Shown here: positions 43,595-57,222 of the stretch, piece by piece
How positions within the stretch are numbered: position 1 is the stretch's first letter
Layout of the letters: each line of letters opens with the position of its first letter
Assembly (NCBI GenBank): GCA_951406725.2
Contig: OX597824.1
Span: forward strand, 55,862,001 to 55,926,000
Reading direction: 5' to 3'
Origin: Octopus vulgaris
Lineage: Eukaryota
DNA length: 64,000 nt
Program-made: the position numbers and the translations under genes
Notes under the pieces: generated by a model
The model's database searches: none
The model's input: only the letters and a program-made list of their open reading frames with translations
What the model was told of the DNA's origin: nothing

Positions 43595-44690
43595 ACTGTT
43601 TTAAGTGCTCATTGCAAGCTTCCCTTATTCTGGTTGAAATCCATGCCGGGTGTCAGTCAGCAAGTCATTTTCTTCAAGGAACACGATTACTTTCTTGTGG
43701 ACTATTCGTTGCATGACTTTGCTGACATGTACAGTCAGAGAGATAGACCTCTAAGTTTTAGCATCTGCCCTGCTTCCTCCATTCTGGATAGGACATTTTA
43801 TCCCTTCCTTCAGTTTGTCTGGGAGCTTACCACTTCCAAAAAAGTTCTGAAAGAGAAGCTGCTGTGGTTTTGCAAGGGCTTGCTTGCATGATTTGAGAAG
43901 GATCACTGGAACTCCATCAGGGGCAGCAGCAGAATTTGTGTCAATATCATCTATGGCCAGCATTACATCTTCAATGTTCATGTACTCAATGTTTGTCTCT
44001 TTGGTTACAGGTAAAGTGGCAAAGAATTCTGTTGGTTTGTTCACCTGCCTGTAATGAAAACACCTTGGAACTGTTCATTCAGTATTTCACTTATCCTCAT
44101 GGGGTTTCCTGTGAGGGAGCCATCTTTTTGGGAGAGGGCTCCTATCTTGTGGCATACTGAGACAGTTTCTTAAGTAAACTCAAAGAAAGCTTCAGGATTC
44201 AACTTGATATTTTCTATAACCAAGCTTCTTTATCAGCTCTCTCCTTTTCATGAGACTGATGCAGACTTTTCTCAATCTCCAATAGCGCTCTCTCCAGGCG
44301 AGACCTCTTGCCACTTTTGGGGTGCTTACTCAGATGGTTTGCAATCTTTGCCCATCGTCTCATAAGAATCTTCCCTTCCCTCTGAATCCTATTTTTGTGT
44401 ATGTTGGTCTTGCACAATGGGACAGATTTGTCACATATGGTTTGTATTATGGACATGCAATGTTTTTGTTTCACGCCAATGTCTGATGTGGAGAGATATT
44501 TAGGCCAATCCAGCCTGAGAATCTCTTTCTCAATCAACTTCCAATTTGCTTTATGAAAATTTAGTATGGAGAGATTTTGGATGCTTCGTATAGGCTGTAT
44601 GTCTGCAGGAGCTTTTGTTCAATACATAGCTCTATTATGTTTTGATCCAAGAGCAGCGTCAGTGTCACTTTGATATTATGGATAATGTTT
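43595..44690 (-). mobile_element. Decayed CR1/jockey-group LINE ORF2 fragment (linker and RT N-terminus)
   Basis: SAAAPDGVPVILLKSCKQAL, GKLPDKLKEGIKCPI and GGSRADAK followed by a degenerate YRPISL motif. Confidence 0.75.
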
Positions 44691-44702
44691 GTGTATATAT
44701 AT

Positions 44703-45455
44703 GTGGCCTCTACCTGGGATGTAGCCGGTCCACTTATGCATACCTTTCCTTCTTGGGACACAAAACTCTACTTGTGAAGACCTGTTGAGGCAAATGAAAA
44801 TCGAAATTGATCAACATCAATGGAAATTGCAGCTGTGATACCAGTGCCAGTGGTACGTAAGAGAACCATCCGAATGTGGCCGTTGCCAGCGCCACCACGA
44901 TTGGCCTCGTGCTGGTGGCATGTAAAAAGCACCATCCGATCGTGGCCGTTTGCCAGCCTCGCCTGGCCCCCATGCCGGTGGCACGTAAAAGCACCCACTA
45001 CACTCACGGAGTGGTTGGCGTTAGGAAGGGCATCCAGCCGGCAGGAAACATTGCCAGATCAGACTGGGCTTGGTGCAGCCTTCTGGCTTCCCAGACCCCT
45101 GTTGAACCGTCCAACCCATGCTAGCATGGAAAGCGGACGCTAAACGATGATGATGATATATATATATATACACATATATATGTATATATATCATCATCAT
45201 CGTTTAACGTCTGCTTTCCATGCTAGTATGGGTTGGACGATTTGAGTGAGGACTGGCGAAACAGATGACTGCACCAGGCTCCAATCTTGATCTGGCAGAG
45301 TTTCTACAGCTGGATGCCCTTCCTAACGCCAACCACTCCGAGAGTGTAGTGGGTGCTTTTACGTGCCACCGGCACAAACGCCAGTTAGCCGCTCTGGCAA
45401 CATTCACGCTCGGATGGTACTCTTAGTGCTCCACTAGCACGTATGCCAGTCATCG
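44703..45455. mobile_element. Two RTE 3' ends arranged tail-to-tail (44703-45157 +, 45191-45455 -)
   Basis: Both match the RTE 3' UTR, with (GAT)n/(CAT)n tails facing each other across a TA tract. Confidence 0.8.
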
Positions 45456-46208
45456 AATTAGACACTTATGAGATCAATGTGTTGTCTATCGAAAGAGTGT
45501 TTTTTTGGTACAAGTAAATGCCGATAAAATCATTTCAAACCTTTCCAATTTCCCTTCCCTGTTTTACAGCTAGAACTTGTGCAACGATCTGACATATAAG
45601 TTACTGTCACTTGGGAAGAGGATTTTTTATGCTTCAGAAAGAGAGTTTATTTGATAGAAATTGTTGAAATACATATGTACTTCATATGAGTAGCAAATTG
45701 TGGAGGATCCACTGTACTTGTTAGTTTGAGTCATAAAATCAGCCCCTTTTAAAATGATGTAAAAAATCCTGAAAATTTGTCATATTAAACATTCATTTCT
45801 TATTCAGGATCTAGTTTGTTTCATTCATAAAATCTGCATTTTTTAAAAGGAAGTAAAAAATCTGAAAATTGGTTATCTCGATGCAGTTTTCCATGCTTAT
45901 TCTGAGAAGCCATGAACTTCTGGAGAAAAAATTTGACACGCACAAAATTTTTTTTTAATTCATTGTTTTAAGATATGGACAGTCTGAATCTACTATTCAT
46001 TTCCCTTTATAATTTCCAAATAATTTTTTAAATAGTTCAAAATCAAAATTACGTGAATATGTGTGCCAGAAATAGTTGTTAAAAACTAAGGAAATAGATT
46101 TTGGGGAGATCTCTTATTATGACTGACTTTTATTCCATTATTCTGAAACTTATACATATACATCTATAAATGCATACAGAAACATAGGGTTAGTTTTAAA
46201 TACATCCT

Positions 46209-46247
<39 letters not shown>

Positions 46248-46250
<3 letters not shown>

Positions 46251-46410
46251 TAAAAAACGGTAAGATAACAAAAGAAAGAAAGAGACCTCAATATTACATA
46301 AATAGAGGAAATTTATCTGTAAAATAATATATTCAGTAGCCAAGAAAAAACTCTGAGTTTCGGATGCCGAGGTGGAAATCGACAATGCCATCTCTTCGGT
46401 TATCTGGCCA
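46248..46410 (-). mobile_element. Penelope-like end fragment with degenerate hammerhead (46339-46408)
   Basis: Minus strand GCCAGA-TAA-CCGAAGA-GATG..CATCC-GAAAC-TCAGA-GTT-TTTTCTTGGC, ending in (TA)n. Confidence 0.45.
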
Positions 46411-46413
46411 ACT

Positions 46414-46686
46414 CATCATCATCATCATCATCATCGTTTAACGTCCGCTTTCCATGCTAGCATGGGTTGGACGGTTCAACTGGGGTCTGGCAAGCCCGAA
46501 GGCTACACCAGGCCAGTCAGATCTGGCAGTGTTTCTACAGCTGGATGCCCTTCCTAACACCAACCACTCCGAGAGTGTAGTGGGTGATTTTATGTGCCAC
46601 CGACACAGGTGCCAGACGAGGCTGGCAGACGGCCACGCTCGGATGGTGTTTTTTATGTGCCACTGACACAGGTGCCAGACGAGGCT

Positions 46687-46690
<4 letters not shown>
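46414..46690 (-). mobile_element. RTE LINE 3' UTR fragment
   Basis: (CAT)n-CGTTTAACGTCCGCTTTCCATGCTAGC, homologous to 24908-25100. Confidence 0.8.
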
Positions 46691-46726
<36 letters not shown>

Positions 46727-48684
46727 TTTCAGCATATCTACACAATTGTGCCCCAAAGATTTGCTTCTTCGTAACCTTGAGAAAATTAAATATTTCTTTT
46801 CTATAAATATGCTTAAGATCAAGTAGATTATGATTAAATTGAAATTCATTATGAAAACCATTTGTCCCTAAAGGAGTTTTAGAAAATTCACACCATAAGG
46901 CTTTGTCGTATATATATATATATATATATATATATCCATATATATGTGGGTGTATACATATTGTTTTAATTATATCTTTATATATGCACATACACATATA
47001 AAATACTGGCACACTGTCGGTTACGACAATCACAAGTATCTAAAACTTCTTCACCACTTTTCCAACTTCATTTTTCGTCTTAAAAAGAAGGCTTTCGTCT
47101 TCTTGGACTATATGTCATACCGCAGCACGGCTGTTTGCCTGCTAATATGGACATGTGGCTGGCATTTCACATATAAATTCCAGGATTATGTGAAAAAGTG
47201 TGAAGACCGTCAATTGGCTTTCTTCCATAAATGTATTTAAAAATTATTTGGAAATTATAGAGAAACAAAAGGTAGATTCGGACTGTCTATATTTTAAAAC
47301 CATGAATTAAAAAAAAAAATTGGCAGAGGTGGGAGATTTTTTTTCTGCATTGTCATATCAATCAAATGCAGAAGACATAATCAAAAGAATTTTGTAAAAA
47401 TCCGTAAAAACACAAAAGTTATGAAGGGTTTTAGCATGTGCTTACATCATAATTCCGCCCATTCACACACACACACACACACACACGTGTGTGTTTGCTA
47501 GTGTCTGTTTTTCCTTTAGTTTTTGTTTATTTATACACATCAACAAATGAGCCAATGAGGTACTTGTTCAATTTGCTAGAAATAACACTATGCTCTTGTT
47601 AGTATTAAGGAAAGGGAAAATGTTTACTCCTCTCCATCATTACGATTAGAATTAATATTTTTGATTTTGTTTGGCTCAATAAATTTAATTTTTTTAAAAA
47701 TACTTCTGTCCATTGCTTGATACAGGAAATTAACAAAAAATATAGAAAGAGAAAGAATTTGGTGTATAGCCGCAGTTCAAATGGGTACAAAACCTAAAAC
47801 AAATGTGTGTGTGTGTGTGGTTGGGTCTTTGATAGCCAGGGGTCAATTTAAGTTCAATCACAGAAAGGAATTCAAAAGAGCAACACTCATATACATAGAA
47901 ACATATACATACACAAATACATATCTATCAGCCACTCCCAAAAGCCAATTTGATCCAAAATTCTGACCACCAGTCTTTAAATATTTGCACACAAACACAC
48001 ACACACATTCAGCTTTTCACTTTTCATTACCTTTTTCCTTTTAATTGTCTGTCACTAATTCATCTGTCTTTAGTTTTTATTTATGTTTTCGAGGTTTCAC
48101 TTTAGCGACACCAGTGGGAAAAGTGTTTTTTAAGTTTTTGAAAATTTTAAACTGACTGTCGCAGAGATGTGAAAATATGGCTACTACTTGCTAATTTCAA
48201 ATTGAACTTACCACAAAGACAGGGTCTTCCAGTGCCCTCTTAATGCCCCCCCCCTTAGTGCCCCTTAGCTCCAAATGGCCCCTGTTGAGAATCTTTGAAT
48301 TAAATGATTAAAATTAATGGACAAGAGGAAGTGCACAAGAAATGTATTAGCTTACTACTCAGTGAAGAGAGAGTTTGACATTTCAATCATAGCTCTTCCT
48401 TGGAAAGGAGAAAGGGAAAAAGTCCAAAGAAGAAATATATACGTACATGTTTGTATGTATATGCATGTGTTCGTGTATGTATGTATGCATGATTCATATG
48501 ACCATTCTTCGTTTTCATACTCCCTATATGTTTGTTTAAAACTGAGTAATGAATGATTAATTCACCAAATGGTTCAAACATACTCCATGTCATGTATTGA
48601 GAGCTGTTGTTTTTTTTTAGTTTGTACTCATATGTATGTATGTGCATGCATACATACATACATGCATGTATGTATGGATGTATG

Positions 48685-48721
<37 letters not shown>

Positions 48722-50802
48722 AGGTATGCATATGTAACATCTGTATGTGTATGTATACATACAGATGTGTCTTACTGTTGCTTCACTATTTGTCAGTAAA
48801 CATGTGATAGTGTACGTCAGGTGAATATCCAGTGCTGTATCACACAATGGTTAATGGTATATATATATATCACATGTATTCATTGGTGTGTGAGTATGTG
48901 TGTGTATACACACATACACACACACATTAGGTAGGTGATGAACAATATAGTCTTTCATAGCTTTTTATTGATGGATGGATGTAAGATTGAATTTGTTACA
49001 GCTATGGCAGATGATAGAATTTTCCAGATCTACCAATATATTTTGGTCCATAGACACTTACTCATGCTGCCATTCTATCTATCTATCTGTCTGTTCATTC
49101 ATCTTCATCATTTTACATCTGCTTTCCATGTTGGTATGGGTTTGGTAAGTTGTCATGCTCTGAGTCAGGTCTGTTTGAAGTTATTACTGACTTCCTTTGT
49201 GTGATCTGTGAGTCACGTCTTGCTTTACATTTTATACTGGCATAGATCCTGTAGCTTGATGCCCTTCCTAAAACCAACCTTTCAAGAATAAGTATTGTGT
49301 ACATTTTATGATGGCACTAGCACTAGAGATGTCATATTCTTAATCAAAGAGGACGGAAGGGACCTTCCAACCTTGTGCTTTCTCCACTCAACCACATACT
49401 AAGTGCTATTTGTTGTAACATTAGCATGCGTGGATACCTTGTACACAGAAAGGGTAAAGTGTACTCACAAATCTAAAATATGAACAGTTGCTCAGGTAAA
49501 GAGGGAGAGAGAGAGAGAGATGCAGACAGACTGGGTAGAATGAAGGGTGCAAGCGTTTAGAAACAGTATAATTGGAAGAGTCAAGGTGGAGAGAGGGTGA
49601 TTGTAGAGAGGTGGACCAGGGGAGTGTGAGTAATAACTACACAGGCCTGACCATTCGTTGAGGCAGATTTTCTCCGACCAGATGTCCTTCCTATCGCCAG
49701 CCCTAACCTGTTACCAAGCAGGGTAATATTTCCATGTCGTTGGACATGCTTTCATACGTTGGAAACGAAGGACACATTTACTATGACGGTGATGCTCGTT
49801 TACAGCAATTACGCGCTGTCAAGACAAGGAGACATATATACACGCTTTCACATACATATATACACGGGTATATATATATATATACACACACCCTCTTACT
49901 CTCCCACCTTAAATATTACAATAGCAGTATCTCTATGTTGACCTGCTAGTGATAGCCCTTAGTTTTTCCTCAAATCATATCCTACCATTTTTAAAAAGGA
50001 CACATTGGATAATGCAGTCCTCAATGCACTAAAAGATGAGTCAGGGTTTTGATTATAGATCTATGCGATCACTTTCGACTTGGAGTTAAACAAGACTAAT
50101 GACCATCATCTCTATCGTCAATGTAATACGCAGTGACTACCACCTTAACATCATCACCACAATCGTTATCTTCATCATCAAAATCATTGCTCCACTGCCG
50201 TCGTCATTAATGCTAGCATCGTCACTTTCAACTCCACTGCAGCAATTTTACCATCACTGTCATTGTCACCGTCTGTATTACCATCTCCATCATCGTCACT
50301 AGTACCAGTGTCATGTGTTCCCAAACTATCTCACATTTATGACTCCCTCCACCTTTTCTCACTCTGTTGTATTATGATACTACTATAGTAATAGCAGCAG
50401 CAGCAGTATTGATAATCCACACAATAACACACATAAAAATAAACAACACACACACACTATGACATCTTTGAACAGCAGGTCCTTAGCGTACTTTTGTCTA
50501 ACTCCATCTTTAATGTTAAGTAGTAGATGCAGTTGGCTGCTGGCTCAAATCACACACATACATACGGACTCTTATTACACACACACACAGTACATATTGT
50601 TAGTGATATAAAGTACACAATTGTATGAAATCGCTTCAGTCCATAGATACAAACTTCGTTTTCTATCTATCTGTGTGTGTGTGTGTATACACACCAGTCC
50701 TGTGTGAGTCCATAGACAGATAAGTATTGACTGATATCTATCTACGTCCACTCACAAACAAGTACATGTTTAATACATACATACATTTGTATATATATAT
50801 AA

Positions 50803-50952
50803 AGGCGTGGCTGTTTGATAAGAAGCTCGCTTCTCAACCACATGTTTCCGTGGCACCTTCAGAAAATGTCTTCTACTAATACCCTCGGACTGACCAAAAC
50901 CCTGTGAGTGGATTTGGAAGAGGGAAACTGGAAGAGACCCATCGTGTGTATA

Positions 50953-50983
<31 letters not shown>

Positions 50984-51195
50984 TGTATGTATGTATGTGT
51001 GTGTGTTCTCCCACCATCGCTTGACAACTGATTGTGTGCTTATGTCCCTGTCGTTTAGCGGCTCAGCAAAAGAAACAGATAGAATAAGTACTAGGCTTTC
51101 AAAGAATAAGTCATAGGGTCGATTTTTTTGACTAAAACCCTTTTAGGCGGTGCTCCAGCATGGTCGCAGTCAAATGACTGAAACGTGTAAAAGAA
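50803..51195 (+). mobile_element. tRNA-derived SINE
   Basis: Colinear with 41979-42410. Confidence 0.75.
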
Positions 51196-51367
51196 TATAT
51201 ATATATAAATGAATATATATATATGTATATACACACACACACACAGAGGAAGATGTATTATACACTAGTTCTGTATGAGTGCCCAGACAGTGGTTAACAC
51301 ACCTACGTCCACTCACGCAGAGACACAAGTACATGTTTAATATACACGTCTCCATCTCTCTCTCTCT

Positions 51368-51417
<50 letters not shown>

Positions 51418-51710
51418 AAAAGTAAAAAATACACAAACTGGGACAAGAACGTGAAACATTTAGAAGACGACAGAAAACACGGACGGGACTTTCGAAGCTC
51501 TCAGTCATCAGTCAAGAACCAGATCATCTTCGCAATTTCGGCTGATATATATATATATTATATATAAAATTTACAGAATGAGATGAAAAAAATCTAAGAC
51601 TGTGAAAGATTTCAGAACATTTATAAAGAGGTCTTATAGCTGTTTCCAGGATATTTTATATATCCCTTCATCATATATGTATGTGTGTATATATATATAT
51701 GATGATATAT

Positions 51711-51765
<55 letters not shown>

Positions 51766-51992
51766 TATACACACACACACACACACACATATATATACAT
51801 ACATACATGTATATGTATATATAATACATATATATATATATGAGGGTAAAAAAATTGAATATTAGTTTGATTAATATCAATTTAAAAACAGTGGTCTAGC
51901 ATATTAAAATCTGAAGGTTCAGAAAATTATATTACATACATATATATAGTATATATGTATGTACATATACATGTATATATGTATATGTACAT

Positions 51993-52043
<51 letters not shown>

Positions 52044-53816
52044 CACAGATATGCGCATATACGGAATGTAACCTTAGTAAATACCACACTATAAATATTG
52101 AAGCGAAAGAATTAGCATAATAATTAGAATAAATGATAGGGCTGAATGTTTAGCTCCTAAACTTTCTCCGAATCACTTTGAAGATCAGAAAGCCAACTTT
52201 ACAGACACGCGCGCGAACGCACATAGAGCCTACTTACACAGAGACACAAGTACATGTTAATTGCATATATTATGTCAATGTCTTGTAGCGATGCTGTCTG
52301 CCTCTCCACCACTTCATTGGCAAAGGTTTTTATCCAGAATGGCGATATGGCATTCGTCATTATATTGTTTTTATATCTCTATTACGGGACATGTGTATAG
52401 GTGGGCAGCTATAAATTGTGAAGGTTTATTTTTTACGGTTGTTGTCATATTTCAGGAAGACGAAGAAAATGAAAGCTGGAACTTCCTCCTCCCCTTCTAA
52501 TGTTGACGTTAAGTTCACCGCAGTATTGATTTAATGGTGCATTTCGAATTTTTCTTTGGCATTGGTTCAGCGAAACGAGGAAGCAGAAACAACTCAATAG
52601 TTATGACAACACCACTAAATTATTATACACACAGACGTGTGTGTGTGTGTCTATCTATCTATCTGTCTGTCTGTCTGTCTGTCAATATCTATCCATACAT
52701 GCATGCATATATAATATAATGCTATATCACCTTTCTTCTTCAACGCCTGTGAAGACAAACGCTATAAAAATATGGATTTCTGACTGAAAGACAAATGACT
52801 GCAAATTTATAAGAACGAGTGTGTGGCCTTCATGCATCTCTCAGTGGATTTGGGTTTTACTGGTGAAGGAAAACTATTGCTACATTTAGTAGTTGAGAGT
52901 AATACAATACCATCAGAATTAACACGTAGGAATGAGATTGTGTGATATTCATGCCTTTCCCATCATATTTATTGTGAAGAGCAGAAAGTCTCACTGAATG
53001 TCTAGTATGTTAATCTGATTTTGTAAAGCAAGGGTAACAACTCTGGACTTAGTTTGGTCTTAGACCTGTTCAACAAAATTTTTTATTTTCAAGATTAATG
53101 GTGATATAATCACTATATTTGATGTGCTATAATGCACATGTGTAGATATCAAAAGTTATGACTGAGGCAATTACTCGGGCACCATTCATATGAAAAATAA
53201 CAGTCTTGTTAAGGTTGTAGCTAAATATGCTCGACACCATGTTGATAACAATTTTGTTTGGTTTGTGTCGAGGTTAAATTTTGTTGAGTAGAAATAAGTC
53301 AGTGTATATAACTTATATTGAATTGACTTTGGCTGGTTGAAGGGCCTACTAGGTTTTGCACTCGGTACCAGAAGAATGAAACCAAATAGCGCTTAATTTG
53401 ATACCCTTCTCCATTGCAACCAGCCTCCAACACAGCAACTACATTTTCTTATTTTAGTGTAAGGCTCCCCACATTTACATTTTATCTGACTCCAACCTAA
53501 CTGGTAATACCACTTCTCCCTTTCTTTTCTCTTTCCTAGGAAAAGCATAAAGCTCTGAGCATTAGATTCAACACTTTTGACAAACAAATTTATTGACTAA
53601 TTATCGACTAACTGTTACAAGCATAGACTAACAGTTTTGTTGGTTTCCAAAGTTACTTGACAGATTTATGGGAGAGGAGAAAGAGATGTGAGTAACTGCT
53701 CTGTGTAACATTCTTTTGTACTTGTGCTAGGTGAAATGAGATCTTGGACTGGAGAACTGATTTATTAGGAACTTATTACTATATAACATTCCCACCTTTT
53801 TTTATTCTTTCTTTCT

Positions 53817-54221
53817 TTTATTCTTTTACTTGTTTCAGTCATTTGACTGCGGCCATGCTGGAGCACCGCCTTTAGTCGAGCAAATCGACCCTGGGACTTA
53901 TTCTTTGTAAGCCCAGTACTTATTCTATCGGTCTCTTTTGCCGAACCGCTAAGTGACGGGGACGTAAACACACCAGCATCGGTTGTCAAGCAATGCTAGG
54001 GGGACAAACACAGACATAGAAACGCACACACAGACATATATATATATATATGCATATATACGACAGGCTTCTTTCAGTTTCCGTCTACCAAATCCACTCA
54101 CAAGGCATTGGTCGGCCCGGGGCTATAGCAGAAGACACTTGCCCAAGATGCCACGCAGTGGGACTGAACCCAGAACCATGTGGTTGGTTAGCAAGCTACT
54201 TACCACACAGCCACTCCTGCA
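53817..54221 (-). mobile_element. tRNA-derived SINE, well preserved
   Basis: Reverse complement of the 41979-42410 family and nearly identical to 62562-62905. Confidence 0.85.
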
Positions 54222-56052
54222 CCTTCTACACAATGGTGGCAAAATTTACAAGTGTTGGGTATTTCTAGTGTGTACTTGATAAATAAATATTTAGTCATTG
54301 TTTTACTATTTCTCTTACCCCATCACCTTCACTCTAACAATTATCTTATAACAACAGTGATAAGCGTTCTTTCTAATTTTGGAACAAAGCCAGCCATTTT
54401 GTGGGGAGAAAAGGCAAAGTTGACCCTGATGGAATTTGAACACAGCATGTTTATGAATCAGCAGAAATAAAACTAGCCATTTTGCCCAATTTGCTAAAGA
54501 TTCTACTTGTTCACTGCTTAATGATAATGGTTTCAAATTTTAGCGCAAGGCCAGCAATTTAAATCAAAAATATTGATTCTGGTGCTCAACTAATACTTAT
54601 TTTATCTACCTCAAAAGGATGAAAGGCAAGTTGACCTTGGCGGAAATAATAATAACAATAATAATAATCCTTTCTACTATAAGCAGAAGGCCTGAAATTA
54701 GGGTGGGAGGGATGAGTTGATTACATTGACCCCAGTGCTTAACTGGTACTTATTTTATTGACTCTGAAAGGATGAAAGGCCAAGTCGACCTCAGAATATG
54801 AAGAGGGACAAAATACTGCCAAGTATTTTGCCCAGCATGCTAACAATTTTGCTAGCTCACTGCTATAATAATAATGATGATGACGATTTCTAACAGACAA
54901 TTGGTTACCATATTTGCCTGTAGTACTTGAGAGATGAACTTGGCAGGATTTGAACTCAGAGATACAACTAAAAGCACCAAGTGTTTGTCTGCAATCCAGT
55001 CATTTCAGTGAGTGAACTGTTGCTCAATAGGAATGCCAGTCTTCTCTATCTCTGTGATGTCAATGGAAATCATAATAGTATTGATGCAAAAGTAAGGTGA
55101 ATGTTGTTTTACAACTAATGATAAACTTGTAGAAACAACTTGCTGTAATGGTTGATTAATTATCGCATAATTGGTTGGTGTGGAGGAAAGGAAAGAAGAA
55201 AAAAAAACCCAGATATAATACTACTGCGCTGCGCAATCATTTTTTCTGCTTTATTTCTCATTTTTTTTTTCTGTGGCTTCTCTATTTTTGTTTTCAGTTC
55301 TTCCTTTCTGCTTTTTTCTTTTATCAAAATAGTTTGGTTGCTGTTGGCTCATTTCTGATTTTTCATCTCATTTATGGTTTTATTTAATTATTTATGTAGT
55401 TCACTCCATTTTTTGTGGACTCATTCTTTTTTTTATGAATCTCATTAAAATGCATTAAATTCAATATGAAATTACAATTTATTAAATACGTAATTTCCCC
55501 CTTCAATTCAAATACTTACCCTGTTAGTCACTTGATTCATGGAAACAGCAGCCAAATCTCCCTCAACTCATCTTTACTGTTTTTAAGGAGAAACATGCAA
55601 GATAATCTAGTTCTAGATACACTAACTCTGAAAACAGAATAGGATGGTCATGGTTAGAATACATTTGATTAAAGGTCTATTGGATATACTTTGCCACAAG
55701 GTTTTTTATGTAGAACAATGACATATTACTTTCTTGTTCAGTATAATTAATATTAATTATTAATATCATTATCAATTGTTACCTATCACAGGCAATACTT
55801 CACTGTGGGTCACTGGTATTAGTTTTAACCTAGCCCCTCTATCTCATCAATAGTCAATAATTGATCATATTGAAATAGTGTCAGATTTTGTCTGATTCTT
55901 TCAATCTATCACCCTTTATTTATATAATATGTTCATTTAAATATATTCATTCATTTAAATATTACAGATATTAAATATATAATAATAATTTTGTTTATGT
56001 CATGTAACAGTACTGTTATGTACATTAAGTTTGTGCTAATATTGTTACACAA

Positions 56053-57160
56053 AGGTGTAGTTGTATGGTTAAGAAGCTTGCTTCCCAATCTGTGATCTTG
56101 GGTTCAGTACCACTGTGTGGCATGTTGGGCAAGTGACTTTTACTATATCCCTGCACCAACCAAAGCCTTGTGGGTAGATTTGGCAAACAGGAACTGAAAG
56201 AAGCCCATTGTGTGTGTATAGAGTTGTGTGTCCTTGTCTAGACATCATATGATGGTTGTAAATGAGCAAAGGTGTCATAAAAGCGAGGTCATTTGTTTCA
56301 AGTCTTCCATAAAAAAAAACATATTCTGGTCATGCAGAAATATTACCTTGTTTGGAAATAGATGAGAGTTGACAACAGCAAAGGCATCCGGTTGTAGGAA
56401 TCCTGTCTCAACAATTTCTATCTGACCCATTGCAAACATGGAAAAAAGTGGACATTAAATGATGATGATAGTTTGTAATGATAATATAGTAATATTGTTA
56501 CATATAGGCACAGGTATGGCTGTGTGGTAAGAATCTTACTTCACAATCACATGGTTCTGGGTTAAGTTCCATTATGTGGCAACTATCATCTATTTTAGTC
56601 TTGGGCCAACCAAAGCCTTGTGAATGGATTTGGTAGGCGGAAACTGAAAGAAGCCTGTCATATATATATATCATCATCATCGCTGTTTAACGTCCGCTTT
56701 CTATGTTGGCATGGGTTGGATGGTGTGACTGAGGGCTAGCAAGTCAAGGTAGCGCCAGGTTCCAATCTGATCTGGCAAAGTTTCTACAGCTGGATGCCCT
56801 TCCTAATGCCAACCGCTCCGAGAGTGTAGTGTGTGCTTTTTATGTGCCACTGCCACAAGGGCCAGTCAGGTGGTACTGGCATCGACCATGCTTGAATGGT
56901 GCTTTTTAAGTGCCATGGGTATGGGACCAGTCAGTCAGCACTGCCTTTGTCTGTGCTTGTCCCCTCACTGCCATTTCACAACTGGTGTTGGTGTGTTTAC
57001 ATTTCCATAATTTAGCAATTCAGCAAAAGAAACTGATAGAATAAGTACTAGGCTTTAAAAAATAAGTACTGGGATTGATTTGTTTGACTAAAAATCCCTT
57101 CAAAGCTGGTGCCCCAGCAAGACTGCAGTCAAATGACTGAAACAAGTAAAAGATAAAAGA
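56053..57160. repeat. Cluster of nested SINE and RTE 3'-UTR fragments
   Basis: SINE heads at ~56053 and ~56505, an RTE tail at 56670-56940 (-), and a SINE tail at 56945-57160. Confidence 0.7.
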
Positions 57161-57222
57161 TAGTATAAAATAATATTGTTACATATTTACATAATAGTGT
57201 GATGTATATTAAATATATATAA

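Noticed and set aside
51414-51550. Possible additional hammerhead (CTGATGA...CGAAAG on the minus strand)
   Set aside because: Stems I and III could not be assigned convincingly. It is probably a degenerate Penelope-like end.
52200-52620. Possible alternative promoter or exon of the host gene
   Set aside because: The sequence is non-repetitive and slightly CpG-rich, but has no convincing ORF or splice-site pair.
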